43,847 nt of DNA, taken from Nanobdellota archaeon. GTDB taxonomy: Archaea; Aenigmatarchaeota; Aenigmatarchaeia; QMZP01. Of the stretch, positions 36,539 to 43,847 are shown in pieces. The notes beneath the pieces were generated by a model. The model was given only the letters and a program-made list of their open reading frames with translations. It was not told the origin of the DNA and ran no database searches. How positions within the stretch are numbered: position 1 is the first letter of the stretch; the number at the start of each line of letters is the position of its first letter. The translations under genes were made by a program, and so were the position numbers. Location of the stretch: the NCBI GenBank assembly GCA_018818465.1, contig JAHIRU010000009.1, positions 1 through 43,847 of the forward strand, given 5' to 3'.

Positions 36539-38890
36539 TTATTTCACGTCAAACTCTACCTTATCAAATTTGCAGTTCTCTTGGAAGTCTCCGATTGTTG
36601 CTACAAAAATTGCCAGACCTGGCTTTCTCAAAGAACGTTTTGCAGCCTGTTGAATTATTATGTTTTTTAATGTTTCATTTGCACAGACAAAGTGCTTGTT
36701 TTCTTTTAATTTTTCATATATTTGATTTCTGTCTGTATAATCAATAAGAGCTACTGGCAGTATCTCATCATCTTTGTTTATCTCTAAGATATCTATCTTG
36801 CGAGTAGCCTTCCAACCTACAAGAGAAAACAACTCAAGCAATTCTGTTATATCCATCTCTACACTGCCTTCATATCTTTGAAATTTGCCGTGAAAAACCT
36901 TTTCTCCCCTATCTGTTAAAAAGTAATAATGAAGTTTGTTCTTGCCGCTTTTTCCTCTAGCTGTTTGAACAAGACCCATGTCTAACAGTGCACCAATCTT
37001 ATCATTGAAAACAGTACCGGATACTCTAATAGCTTTGTATATCTGTGAAGCAAATACTCCATGGCCATTACCAACAACGTCTATAATCTTCCAACCATGA
37101 TCATCTAATTTTTCTATAGGAACGTTTATTACAGTTTCTCCATCTTCCCAATGCTGGTTCTCCTTTTTAGGAGATTTCTTTTCAATTAGTTTCCTTTCGA
37201 ATTCCTTTATTTCCTGAACAACATCATTTTCTTCTATTGGTTCAACAATTTCTTCTTTTATCGGTTTGACATCCTCTTTTTCCTTGATGCCGTTCAAATC
37301 TTCCATCATTTTTTGAGCTGTTTTTTGGAATTCTTTTGCAAGATCCTTTAATTTAGAATCATTAATTGTCTTCTTTGCAGGTTCTGCGTTCTCTATTGCT
37401 TCGTTTTTTCCAACAATATTATCTTCTTTTTCTTCAACATTATCTGCAGTTTCTTCTGCTGATTCATCTGCACTCTTTTCCTGAGGTTCGACCATTTTAT
37501 CATATGTCTTCATGAATTCTGAAACCTTTTCATCTGAAATAACTGTTTTATCTATTTTTACTTCATCGAAACCCATTAAGAATGGTCTCGGGAATTCGAA
37601 GTTTCTGCACAACATAAAACCATGCCCTACAGGAATTCTTCTAAGGTAAACACCCTCTTCCTCATAGTCGAGCCCTAGCATGTGTGATGCATCCAAGATA
37701 TCAGAAGAACCCTTTGTATCAAGACCCAAATTCATGTATATGTGCGTAGATGTGTTACCCAATGCCGGATAAGAAACCAATGATGGGTGCTGATCTGTAT
37801 AAATTATACCAAGTCCCAGTTCTCTGATTTCTCTGAATATAAGATCCATCACAGTTTCTGAACCCATTTTGTTAGCCTTATCACGGTTCAGAACATGGTG
37901 CGCTTCCTCTAAAATTATTACTCCTCTTAATTTCTCTCTCTGATCACTAACCAAAAGCCAGTCTCTTAACCACTGCATTATAATTTCTATGAAAAATGTC
38001 TTGTCGCTGGTGTCTAAAGCATCTAGTTCTAAAATTGTAATTCTACCTTTCCTCAAAAAATCAGAAGGTTTTGTACCAACATCGCAATTGAATACATCTC
38101 CAATTTCCTTGAAACACAAAGATTCCAATGGTCTAATAGCTGTTGATACCCAGTTCTTTTCTCTCATCGGTAGCTTAAGATCTCCGTATTCCTCTATCCA
38201 TCCTTTAATGTCTCTTAATCTTGGTTTTTCTTTTTCATCAAATACACCATCAAAAGACTTAAGAATTATGTGTCTACCACCACCCATTAACCAATAAGCG
38301 TGATCGAACACAGCTGCGAATTCCTTCATCCATTGTGTCATTGAAATGCCGTCAGGCGGTCTTAGTGGGTTGAATTTTAAAGGAGACGCGTTTCTACCAA
38401 CAGTATAAATATCAATTTTATCCTTCAGTTTTGTTTTTAACAGATTTCTATAATTTCTTTTTGAGAAATCAAATATCAAAATCGGAATATCCTCTTTTGC
38501 TAATTCAAATACCATTTTATTCGCAAGATTTGTTTTACCATAACCTGAAGAACCGAATATACCCATGTGCATTAAAAGCCTTTCTTTTTCAAACTTGAAT
38601 GGATACATCTTTTTCTTGCCATAAAGAACACTGCCAAGATTTAACTGGCCTTTAGCAACTGCTTCTTTTTCAGGCGGTTCCATAAGAATACTATCTCTAA
38701 GCTCGTTTTCAGTGAAAACAGCTGCCTTAGCTACATCAATAAGCCCGAAGATTCTTTCTCTTGTATCTTCATCCCCAAGCAAGTATGCTCTGCTGAGTCT
38801 TTCGGCTGTACTTCTACCTAGGATTGGAATAAGTTTCTTAACTTCGCTAGTAAATATTTTTTCTTTTGTTTCTATCATGTTAATCACCAT
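36539..38890 (-). CDS. HerA/FtsK-superfamily (DUF87-like) ATPase fused to a low-complexity linker, a winged helix and an unassigned about 110-aa C-terminal domain
   Basis: Walker A GIFGSSGYGKT (aa 111-121 of the track ORF), Walker B GVIILEEAHH (aa 324-333), IYTDQHPS, LRRIPVGHGFM. An acidic/Lys linker covers aa about 465-585. wHTH GVFASQIYKAIRVSGTVFNDKIGALLDMGLVQ. The ATG at 38890 overlaps the upstream TGA (TGATG). Confidence 0.8.
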   Translation of the reverse strand: MVINMIETKEKIFTSEVKKLIPILGRSTAERLSRAYLLGDEDTRERIFGLIDVAKAAVFTENELRDSILMEPPEKEAVAKGQLNLGSVLYGKKKMYPFKFEKERLLMHMGIFGSSGYGKTNLANKMVFELAKEDIPILIFDFSKRNYRNLLKTKLKDKIDIYTVGRNASPLKFNPLRPPDGISMTQWMKEFAAVFDHAYWLMGGGRHIILKSFDGVFDEKEKPRLRDIKGWIEEYGDLKLPMREKNWVSTAIRPLESLCFKEIGDVFNCDVGTKPSDFLRKGRITILELDALDTSDKTFFIEIIMQWLRDWLLVSDQREKLRGVIILEEAHHVLNRDKANKMGSETVMDLIFREIRELGLGIIYTDQHPSLVSYPALGNTSTHIYMNLGLDTKGSSDILDASHMLGLDYEEEGVYLRRIPVGHGFMLCRNFEFPRPFLMGFDEVKIDKTVISDEKVSEFMKTYDKMVEPQEKSADESAEETADNVEEKEDNIVGKNEAIENAEPAKKTINDSKLKDLAKEFQKTAQKMMEDLNGIKEKEDVKPIKEEIVEPIEENDVVQEIKEFERKLIEKKSPKKENQHWEDGETVINVPIEKLDDHGWKIIDVVGNGHGVFASQIYKAIRVSGTVFNDKIGALLDMGLVQTARGKSGKNKLHYYFLTDRGEKVFHGKFQRYEGSVEMDITELLELFSLVGWKATRKIDILEINKDDEILPVALIDYTDRNQIYEKLKENKHFVCANETLKNIIIQQAAKRSLRKPGLAIFVATIGDFQENCKFDKVEFDVK

Positions 38891-39108
38891 CAATCTTCAA
38901 ACTCGGAGTCATCTCTAGGATTTCCTAACCCGGCTTCCGGAAAAGCATCTAATAAATCGTTTTCAGAACTCCGTCTATAATGATATATTTTAAGATCATT
39001 ACCTACTATCAAATATTTTCCTATATACCTTTCATTTTCATCAACAACAAAACCGTTTTCGTATGGAATTTGTTTTGTTGATTCGTTTGGTTTTAAACTT
39101 AGTTTCAT
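38890..39108 (-). CDS. hypothetical 72-aa protein with acidic C-terminus (operon gene 3)
   Basis: ORF placed with a 1-nt gap after the upstream stop, and its stop overlaps the ATPase start. Confidence 0.55.
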   Translation of the reverse strand: MKLSLKPNESTKQIPYENGFVVDENERYIGKYLIVGNDLKIYHYRRSSENDLLDAFPEAGLGNPRDDSEFED

Positions 39109-39109
39109 A

Positions 39110-39691
39110 CTAATCTTCCTTCCCAGTATTTGATTTTATGTCTTTGAAAAGATCTGCAAGTTTTTGCTCATTTTGGAACTGTTCAAGCAATTCTTTCAGT
39201 TCTGTTCTCAGATCAAACATATCTCTCCACAATTGAATAACTTCTTTCCTTTTTTCCTTTCTTAAAACAGAAATATCCAGTTTTATGCTTCTTTGTTCGT
39301 CAATATTCATTGCTTTTCCAAGCATGCCATTTCTTTCTTTAATATCTTCGTTTATCTCGCTAATCATGTCATTATGAATATCAGTACGATCTTTCATCGT
39401 ATTTTGAGTTTCCTCAACCCTTTCTTTCAAAAATTTAACTCTATCAAAAAGACTGCCAACTATTTGTGGGCTGATTATTCTAAGCTTCTCTATGTCTTCG
39501 TCCTCAAGACGAGGCATTGCTTGAACCCTTTTGACTATAACCTTTTCAACTCTTTCACGAGTTTCTTTGTCAATGTCATCCCAAGATGTGGCTGTATCCA
39601 AGAATTCATGTTTACGACCATCAAACTCAGTTTTATAGATGTCGTCTATCTCTTCTGCATCAAAGTAGCGTCTTTTTTCAATTTTAGCCAT
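39110..39691 (-). CDS. hypothetical 193-aa coiled-coil protein (operon gene 2)
   Basis: The ATG at 39691 is preceded by AGGTGA (the track start 39700 is GTG). The C-terminal 110 aa are heptad-like K/E/L/I-rich, with no TM segment. Confidence 0.6.
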   Translation of the reverse strand: MAKIEKRRYFDAEEIDDIYKTEFDGRKHEFLDTATSWDDIDKETRERVEKVIVKRVQAMPRLEDEDIEKLRIISPQIVGSLFDRVKFLKERVEETQNTMKDRTDIHNDMISEINEDIKERNGMLGKAMNIDEQRSIKLDISVLRKEKRKEVIQLWRDMFDLRTELKELLEQFQNEQKLADLFKDIKSNTGKED

Positions 39692-39700
39692 AACAATCAC

Positions 39701-39883
39701 CTAAGCTCTAAACTCCACTATTTCTTTGTTTTTATAAACTTTTTCGGTGTTAGGATCAAACACAAAAACTACATTTGTTGGATAATTGAAAATATCACCT
39801 ACAGGGTCACCTAATTTAATTTCTTTTCTTTCTTCTGAACCGTATGTTTCTCCAATAGGATTGCTGTAAATTGTTTCTTTCAT
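39701..39883 (-). CDS. hypothetical 60-aa protein (operon gene 1)
   Basis: The ATG at 39883 is preceded by GGAGAG at 5-nt spacing. The track TTG start at 39952 lies only 5 nt after a TTTATATA box, so it is probably upstream of the transcription start. Confidence 0.45.
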   Translation of the reverse strand: MKETIYSNPIGETYGSEERKEIKLGDPVGDIFNYPTNVVFVFDPNTEKVYKNKEIVEFRA

Positions 39884-39956
39884 GTTATCTCTCCAGACAT
39901 TTTGTCTTGCGTTGCTGTATTTAAACAGTTTGTTACTATTTACTAGTGACAAAGGG

Positions 39957-40100
39957 TATATAAAGCTTTCGGTCCCTCACGAGGGGATTATAACGAAAGA
40001 CAGCGTATTTCGTGTTCATATAGAGGTATTTTGTCTCACGCAAGACATCCATATTTTACGCGAGACAATGCTTTCTTGACGGGACAATATATAAGCTTTC
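39957..40100 (-). promoter_or_regulatory. duplicated TATA-like boxes flanking a repeat-rich segment upstream of the ATPase operon
   Basis: Minus-strand GAAAGCTTTATATA (39970..39957) and GAAAGCTTATATAT (40100..40087) lie 130 nt apart. Between them are TGTCTCGCG / TGTCTTGCG / TGTCTTTCG repeats, the palindrome TGTCTTGCGTGAGACA, and nested hairpins CTTTCG..CGAAAG and CCCTC..GAGGG. Confidence 0.45.
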
Positions 40101-40149
40101 TCTTTGTCAAAATTTGCTGTATGTATCCCTTTAAGGAGATAGAGAGAAC

Positions 40150-40172
40150 AAAAAAACGGGATTAGGATTCCC
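40150..40172 (-). terminator. weak hairpin plus T7 tract after the small membrane ORF
   Basis: Minus strand GGGAATCCTAATCCC G TTTTTTT lies immediately after the TGA at 40179-40181. The stem is only 4 bp. Confidence 0.35.
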
Positions 40173-40178
40173 ATTTAT

Positions 40179-40346
40179 TCATGTTATCTCCTTCCAATAT
40201 TTACCATCTGAAATATGAAGAATTGGTATTATTACAATATAACATATTATTCCTCCTATCACGAGAATTATAAACCAAATAATGACAATTAAAGAAAAAT
40301 GAAGGATACCAAAAAAACGTTCTATCATTTCTTTTATTGTTTTCAT
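40179..40346 (-). CDS. unannotated 55-aa membrane protein (below the ORF-track cutoff)
   Basis: AAGGAG lies 8 nt upstream of the ATG. Encodes MKTIKEMIERFFGILHFSLIVIIWFIILVIGGIICYIVIIPILHISDGKYWKEIT with a long, probably double-pass hydrophobic core, followed by a T7 tract. Confidence 0.55.
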   Translation of the reverse strand: MKTIKEMIERFFGILHFSLIVIIWFIILVIGGIICYIVIIPILHISDGKYWKEIT

Positions 40347-40634
40347 TACTCTTTCTCCTTAATCCAGAGTCTGGCCCTGTAAAAAAATTGATGAGGTGAA
40401 ATAAAAAATTAAGGCTATTATAGCCAACATAAATTCTAAAAAATTCTTCATTGTATTCTCCGTTTCCTATGCCTAGTGTTGAAAATAGGCAAGTTTTGAT
40501 AAGTAATAACACTCCCCGAAACCTTTTACCGCATGGAGAATAGCTATACTATATAATTAGTCTATAAATATTTAACGCTCTCTTTCTGCTTTGATGAACA
40601 TAAACCTTATAAGGACACATGTCCATATATAAAT

Positions 40635-40850
40635 ATGGGAAAAACAAAGGCACCAAATAAGAAAATTGTGAAAAAAATAAAGAAAATTTTAGCTGATAAT
40701 CCACAAGGGCTTTGGATAAGAGAAATTGCTAGAAGAAGTGGTATTAGTAAATCATGCATCCACGTATATTTGAATGAATATATGGACAATGATGTAAAAG
40801 AGATTGTCTCTATTCCGGGTCTAGTTAAATTGTATAAATTAAAAAAATGA
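40635..40850 (+). CDS. small winged-helix/HTH DNA-binding protein
   Basis: 71 aa: Lys-rich N-terminus, then LWIREIARRSGISKSCIHVYLNEYM (HTH). 4 nt upstream of the LAGLIDADG gene. Confidence 0.6.
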   Translation: MGKTKAPNKKIVKKIKKILADNPQGLWIREIARRSGISKSCIHVYLNEYMDNDVKEIVSIPGLVKLYKLKK

Positions 40851-40854
40851 TATT

Positions 40855-41910
40855 ATGGATAAAAAATCTATTAAATCAATAGTAACTTTTGATGAATTAG
40901 TTGATAAATTTCCCAGAATTAAACAGAAAAGTAAAAACTTGGCTGAAAAGCTTTTACCTTTATATCCGTCTCCAGAACTAGCTCAAATAGTAGCAGCTTT
41001 AATGACAGATGGGCATATTGATTGGTATACATCTGATGGTAGACCAAGAACAAGAAAAATAATTCTATATTCAAGCAATAAAGATGAATGTGATTGGTTT
41101 ATTAAAACATGTAAAGATCTTTTCGGTTTGGAAGGTAAAACCATACCATATAAACCAAAATATGGTCAATATAAACTTCAACCCTACAAAGCTGTTATAA
41201 ATAGTGCTGTAATTGCTAGAATCTTAATTTTGGCTGGTGTACCTGCAGGAGATAAAACAAAAATAGGTTATATTGTTCCAGAATGGGTTATAAGTGGTGA
41301 TAATAAAATAAAAAAGAGTTTTTTAATGACATTATTTACTTTTGATGGCTGTAAACCATATAAAAGAAGAACTACATGGACTATAGAATATTCTACGGTA
41401 ACTTCTCAAAAGACTTTGAATAGAACACTCTTGTTTTTCAAACAATTAAAACAATTATTGAAAGAGTTTCAAATCTATATGAATCATATACCAACTGAAC
41501 ATTTGAGAAACAATAAAAAAATAATGGTCATATCATCAATTTCTTCAAGAGAATCAATTGTAAATTTCTATAGATTTTTAGGTTATGATAATCCAGAAAA
41601 ACAAAAAAGACTTGAAGAAGCTGTAAAATATATATCTGATATAGTAAGATTGGAAAATAAAGATACTTCTAAAATTTTAGAAAAATTCAAAAATATACAC
41701 GGAACTGATAAAAAAACAATATATTTTATAAACAAAACATTAAACACTAATTACACTTATAGGCAATTTGAACATTTTAGAAGATGTGAAATAGAAGTTC
41801 CACTTAAATTGTTTGTTTTAGCAAGTAAAAACATAGATATGAAACCAAAACTTCTGGAATGGATGGATTTTTTAGTGAAAAAATTCAACGTTCCCTCTTC
41901 CCAAAAATAA
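40855..41910 (+). CDS. free-standing double-motif LAGLIDADG-family protein
   Basis: Motif 1 is LAQIVAALMTDGHIDW and motif 2 is KKSFLMTLFTFDGCKPY, about 105 aa apart, each retaining the Asp. An extra helical C-terminal region of about 120 aa follows. Confidence 0.6.
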   Translation: MDKKSIKSIVTFDELVDKFPRIKQKSKNLAEKLLPLYPSPELAQIVAALMTDGHIDWYTSDGRPRTRKIILYSSNKDECDWFIKTCKDLFGLEGKTIPYKPKYGQYKLQPYKAVINSAVIARILILAGVPAGDKTKIGYIVPEWVISGDNKIKKSFLMTLFTFDGCKPYKRRTTWTIEYSTVTSQKTLNRTLLFFKQLKQLLKEFQIYMNHIPTEHLRNNKKIMVISSISSRESIVNFYRFLGYDNPEKQKRLEEAVKYISDIVRLENKDTSKILEKFKNIHGTDKKTIYFINKTLNTNYTYRQFEHFRRCEIEVPLKLFVLASKNIDMKPKLLEWMDFLVKKFNVPSSQK

Positions 41911-43000
41911 ATTCTTCCACCATATCTTTTGCTACATTATCAGGGTATTGTATCGGTGGGTGTTTCATCATGAATGCTGATATGCTTATTAACCTTCCAC
42001 CAATTCCTCTATCTAATGCCAATTTTGTACATCTTATTGTATCAATCGCGCATCCTGCACTATTTGGCGAGTCTTCTACACTCAACTTTAAATCTATTTT
42101 AACTGGTGTTCCTCCGAATTTTTTTCCTTCCATTCTAATAAAACAAATCTTATTATCTTTCTGCCATGGAACATAATCGCTTGGTCCGATATGAATATTA
42201 TCTGGATGAAGTGGTGTTGGCAACTGTGATTGAACAGAAGATGTTTTGCTTATCTTCTTGCTCTTCAATCTTTGTCTTTCTATCATATTTAGGAAATCAC
42301 AATTTCCGCCAATATTTAATTGATATGTTTTATCAAGCTCCACACCCCTGTCAATGAAAAGTTTTGTAAGAGTTCTATGAACAATAGTCGCCCCTATTTG
42401 AGCCTTATAATCATCGCCAGTAATAGGCAGTCCCTTATCTTCAAACTTTTTTGCCCATGCATCATCTGAAGCAATGAATACAGGCATGCAATTGACAAAA
42501 GCGCAGCCAGCATCCAGTGCGCATTGAGCATAATATCTTACAGCTTCTTCAGAGCCTACAGGCAAGTAATTGACAAGAATTTCTGCGCCTGATTTTTTCA
42601 ATTCACTGGTTATATCAACAGGATTTTTATCCGACACAACAAAGGTCTGGTGTTCAGGGAATTCCTTCATATGATCAGCAACACCATCAAGAACAGGCGC
42701 CATTTTAACTTCTACGCCCATGTTAGGAACATTTTTATGAAATATTATTGTATTGTTAGGCTTCTCGAATATAGCTTCAGAAAGATCCTTTCCAACCTTG
42801 CGTGCATCAACATCAAATGCAGCCACAGGCTTTATATGCGATATTTTATATCCGCCTATAACATTATGCATTAATCCAGGAACAACTTCATCATTAGAAT
42901 TAACATCCTTGTAATAAAATAATCCTTGAATAAGCGAACTGCAACAATTTCCTACGCCTGCTATAGCAATTTTTATTTCTTTTTCCAAATTAAACACCAT
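41885..43000 (-). CDS. myo-inositol-1-phosphate synthase (archaeal short type)
   Basis: IKIAIAGVGNCCSSLIQGLFYYK, GDDYKAQIGATIVHRTL, NIGGNCDFLN, SKKISKTSSV. Confidence 0.88.
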   Translation of the reverse strand: MVFNLEKEIKIAIAGVGNCCSSLIQGLFYYKDVNSNDEVVPGLMHNVIGGYKISHIKPVAAFDVDARKVGKDLSEAIFEKPNNTIIFHKNVPNMGVEVKMAPVLDGVADHMKEFPEHQTFVVSDKNPVDITSELKKSGAEILVNYLPVGSEEAVRYYAQCALDAGCAFVNCMPVFIASDDAWAKKFEDKGLPITGDDYKAQIGATIVHRTLTKLFIDRGVELDKTYQLNIGGNCDFLNMIERQRLKSKKISKTSSVQSQLPTPLHPDNIHIGPSDYVPWQKDNKICFIRMEGKKFGGTPVKIDLKLSVEDSPNSAGCAIDTIRCTKLALDRGIGGRLISISAFMMKHPPIQYPDNVAKDMVEEFIFGKRER

Positions 43001-43090
43001 TGTTTTATATCTGTAAAATAATTGGTGCCGGAAGTTTAAATAGTTTACAGTTGTAAAACATTATATACGTATCCCTTTAAAGTGATATAT

Positions 43091-43122
43091 ATAAACAAAA
43101 AAGGAATCGGAAAACCGATCCC
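43091..43122 (-). terminator. hairpin plus T-tract
   Basis: Minus strand GGGATCGG TTTT CCGATTCC (one mismatch) followed by TTTTTTGTTTAT, about 25 nt after the stop at 43148. Confidence 0.55.
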
Positions 43123-43147
43123 TGGAACTTCCTTGTTTTGTAAAATC

Positions 43148-43495
43148 CTAACTTCCAACGAGACCTTCTGCACGAGAAATCAAATCCTGATCGGATTGAT
43201 TCTCTTCGGCCTCATTGTTTTGGGTTTTTTCTCGCGGAACTGACATATCCGCAATATCCCAGAACATCAAACCCATTAAACACAATGCCATAAAAAGCAA
43301 AGTGCTCACAGGATCAAGTTCCACGAAAATGCGAACTACAATTCCTGATGCCACGATGAAAAGAAACATAAACCTTCGTGGCATACTTCTCCAAAAATAG
43401 ATCAGCACTAGATTAAATAGCGCTGCTCCTATTATTGAAGTTAAAAAAAAGAAACCCTCCTGGGAATCAAATAAAGAAATGATGTAATCAATCAT
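43148..43495 (-). CDS. small polytopic membrane protein with acidic C-terminal tail
   Basis: The internal ATG at 43495 is preceded by CAAGGAGGTG at 5-nt spacing. The track start at 43645 would overlap the upstream ORF. Confidence 0.6.
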   Translation of the reverse strand: MIDYIISLFDSQEGFFFLTSIIGAALFNLVLIYFWRSMPRRFMFLFIVASGIVVRIFVELDPVSTLLFMALCLMGLMFWDIADMSVPREKTQNNEAEENQSDQDLISRAEGLVGS

Positions 43496-43571
43496 GATCA
43501 CACCTCCTTGATTTTGATCCCGGTTAGCCAAAAATATGGCGGGCATAAGCCACGCCATAAAAATCCCAAAT

Positions 43572-43847
43572 TTAACACCAATCAAATCGTTTGAGTTCAT
43601 CTGGGTTGATGATATTATTTTTCTTAATATCAAACACCAGATCACCCTTTATAACAATTTGATTGGATTCAACTTCGGATATCTCAGCTTTTAGGCCGAC
43701 ATTTTTGTCAAGTCTAATTAAAAGAATACTGAGATAATCCCTCACCCCTTTTTCAAAATCAATTTTGGAAGAATATTTACTTTCTCCCTTTAATTTAATG
43801 ACGACTTTATTCGTGTCGCCATTAACTTCAATACAACTTTCACTCAC
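43572..43847 (-). CDS. hypothetical protein, C-terminal 91 aa (open at the right edge)
   Basis: The ORF runs to the window edge. No recognisable motif. Confidence 0.4.
   Translation of the reverse strand: MSESCIEVNGDTNKVVIKLKGESKYSSKIDFEKGVRDYLSILLIRLDKNVGLKAEISEVESNQIVIKGDLVFDIKKNNIINPDELKRFDWC

Noticed and set aside
40201-40512. 103-aa minus-strand ORF
   Set aside because: It has N/F/Y-rich low-complexity composition and overlaps the better-supported 55-aa membrane ORF, which has a strong SD and a terminator, in another frame.

Overview
This is a low-GC, tightly packed archaeal chromosome segment. FEN-1 with a PIP box, stand-alone Kae1, IleRS/ArgRS/HisRS, a CDP-alcohol phosphatidyltransferase, myo-inositol-1-phosphate synthase, multi-intron tRNA, many small Lys-rich proteins and clear Shine-Dalgarno sites suggest a small-genome, DPANN-like archaeon; the lineage is inference. 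Housekeeping genes fill most of 1-23.2 kb, interleaved with small toxin-antitoxin-like pairs (RelE/Phd-like, HEPN/MNT). Two accessory blocks stand out. (1) 23.66-33.17 kb is a three-gene minus-strand surface operon led by a 2518-aa hyper-repetitive, sequon-rich protein with tail-fibre-like GDxMTG repeats and a DUF2341/LamG-like core. (2) 34.95-41.91 kb is an island wedged between the 3' ends of argS and the inositol-phosphate synthase gene. It holds a solo InsA-like Zn-ribbon/HTH gene, a 1.3-kb ORF-less stretch with a GC-enriched hairpin-rich segment and strong terminator, a translationally coupled four-gene operon around a HerA/FtsK-type ATPase fused to a winged helix plus an unassigned C-terminal domain, a small unannotated membrane ORF, and a wHTH + free-standing double-motif LAGLIDADG pair. 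The ATPase operon with its flanking non-coding DNA is my best candidate for an undescribed system. Other notable items are a tRNA-Gln(UUG) split by three introns (D-loop, 37/38, T-loop), a PurF homologue lacking the Cys1 nucleophile, a divergent PurB-like lyase, and a tRNA-His / PRTase / LOG-like / hisS cluster. All family assignments come from motif recognition by eye, with no database search.
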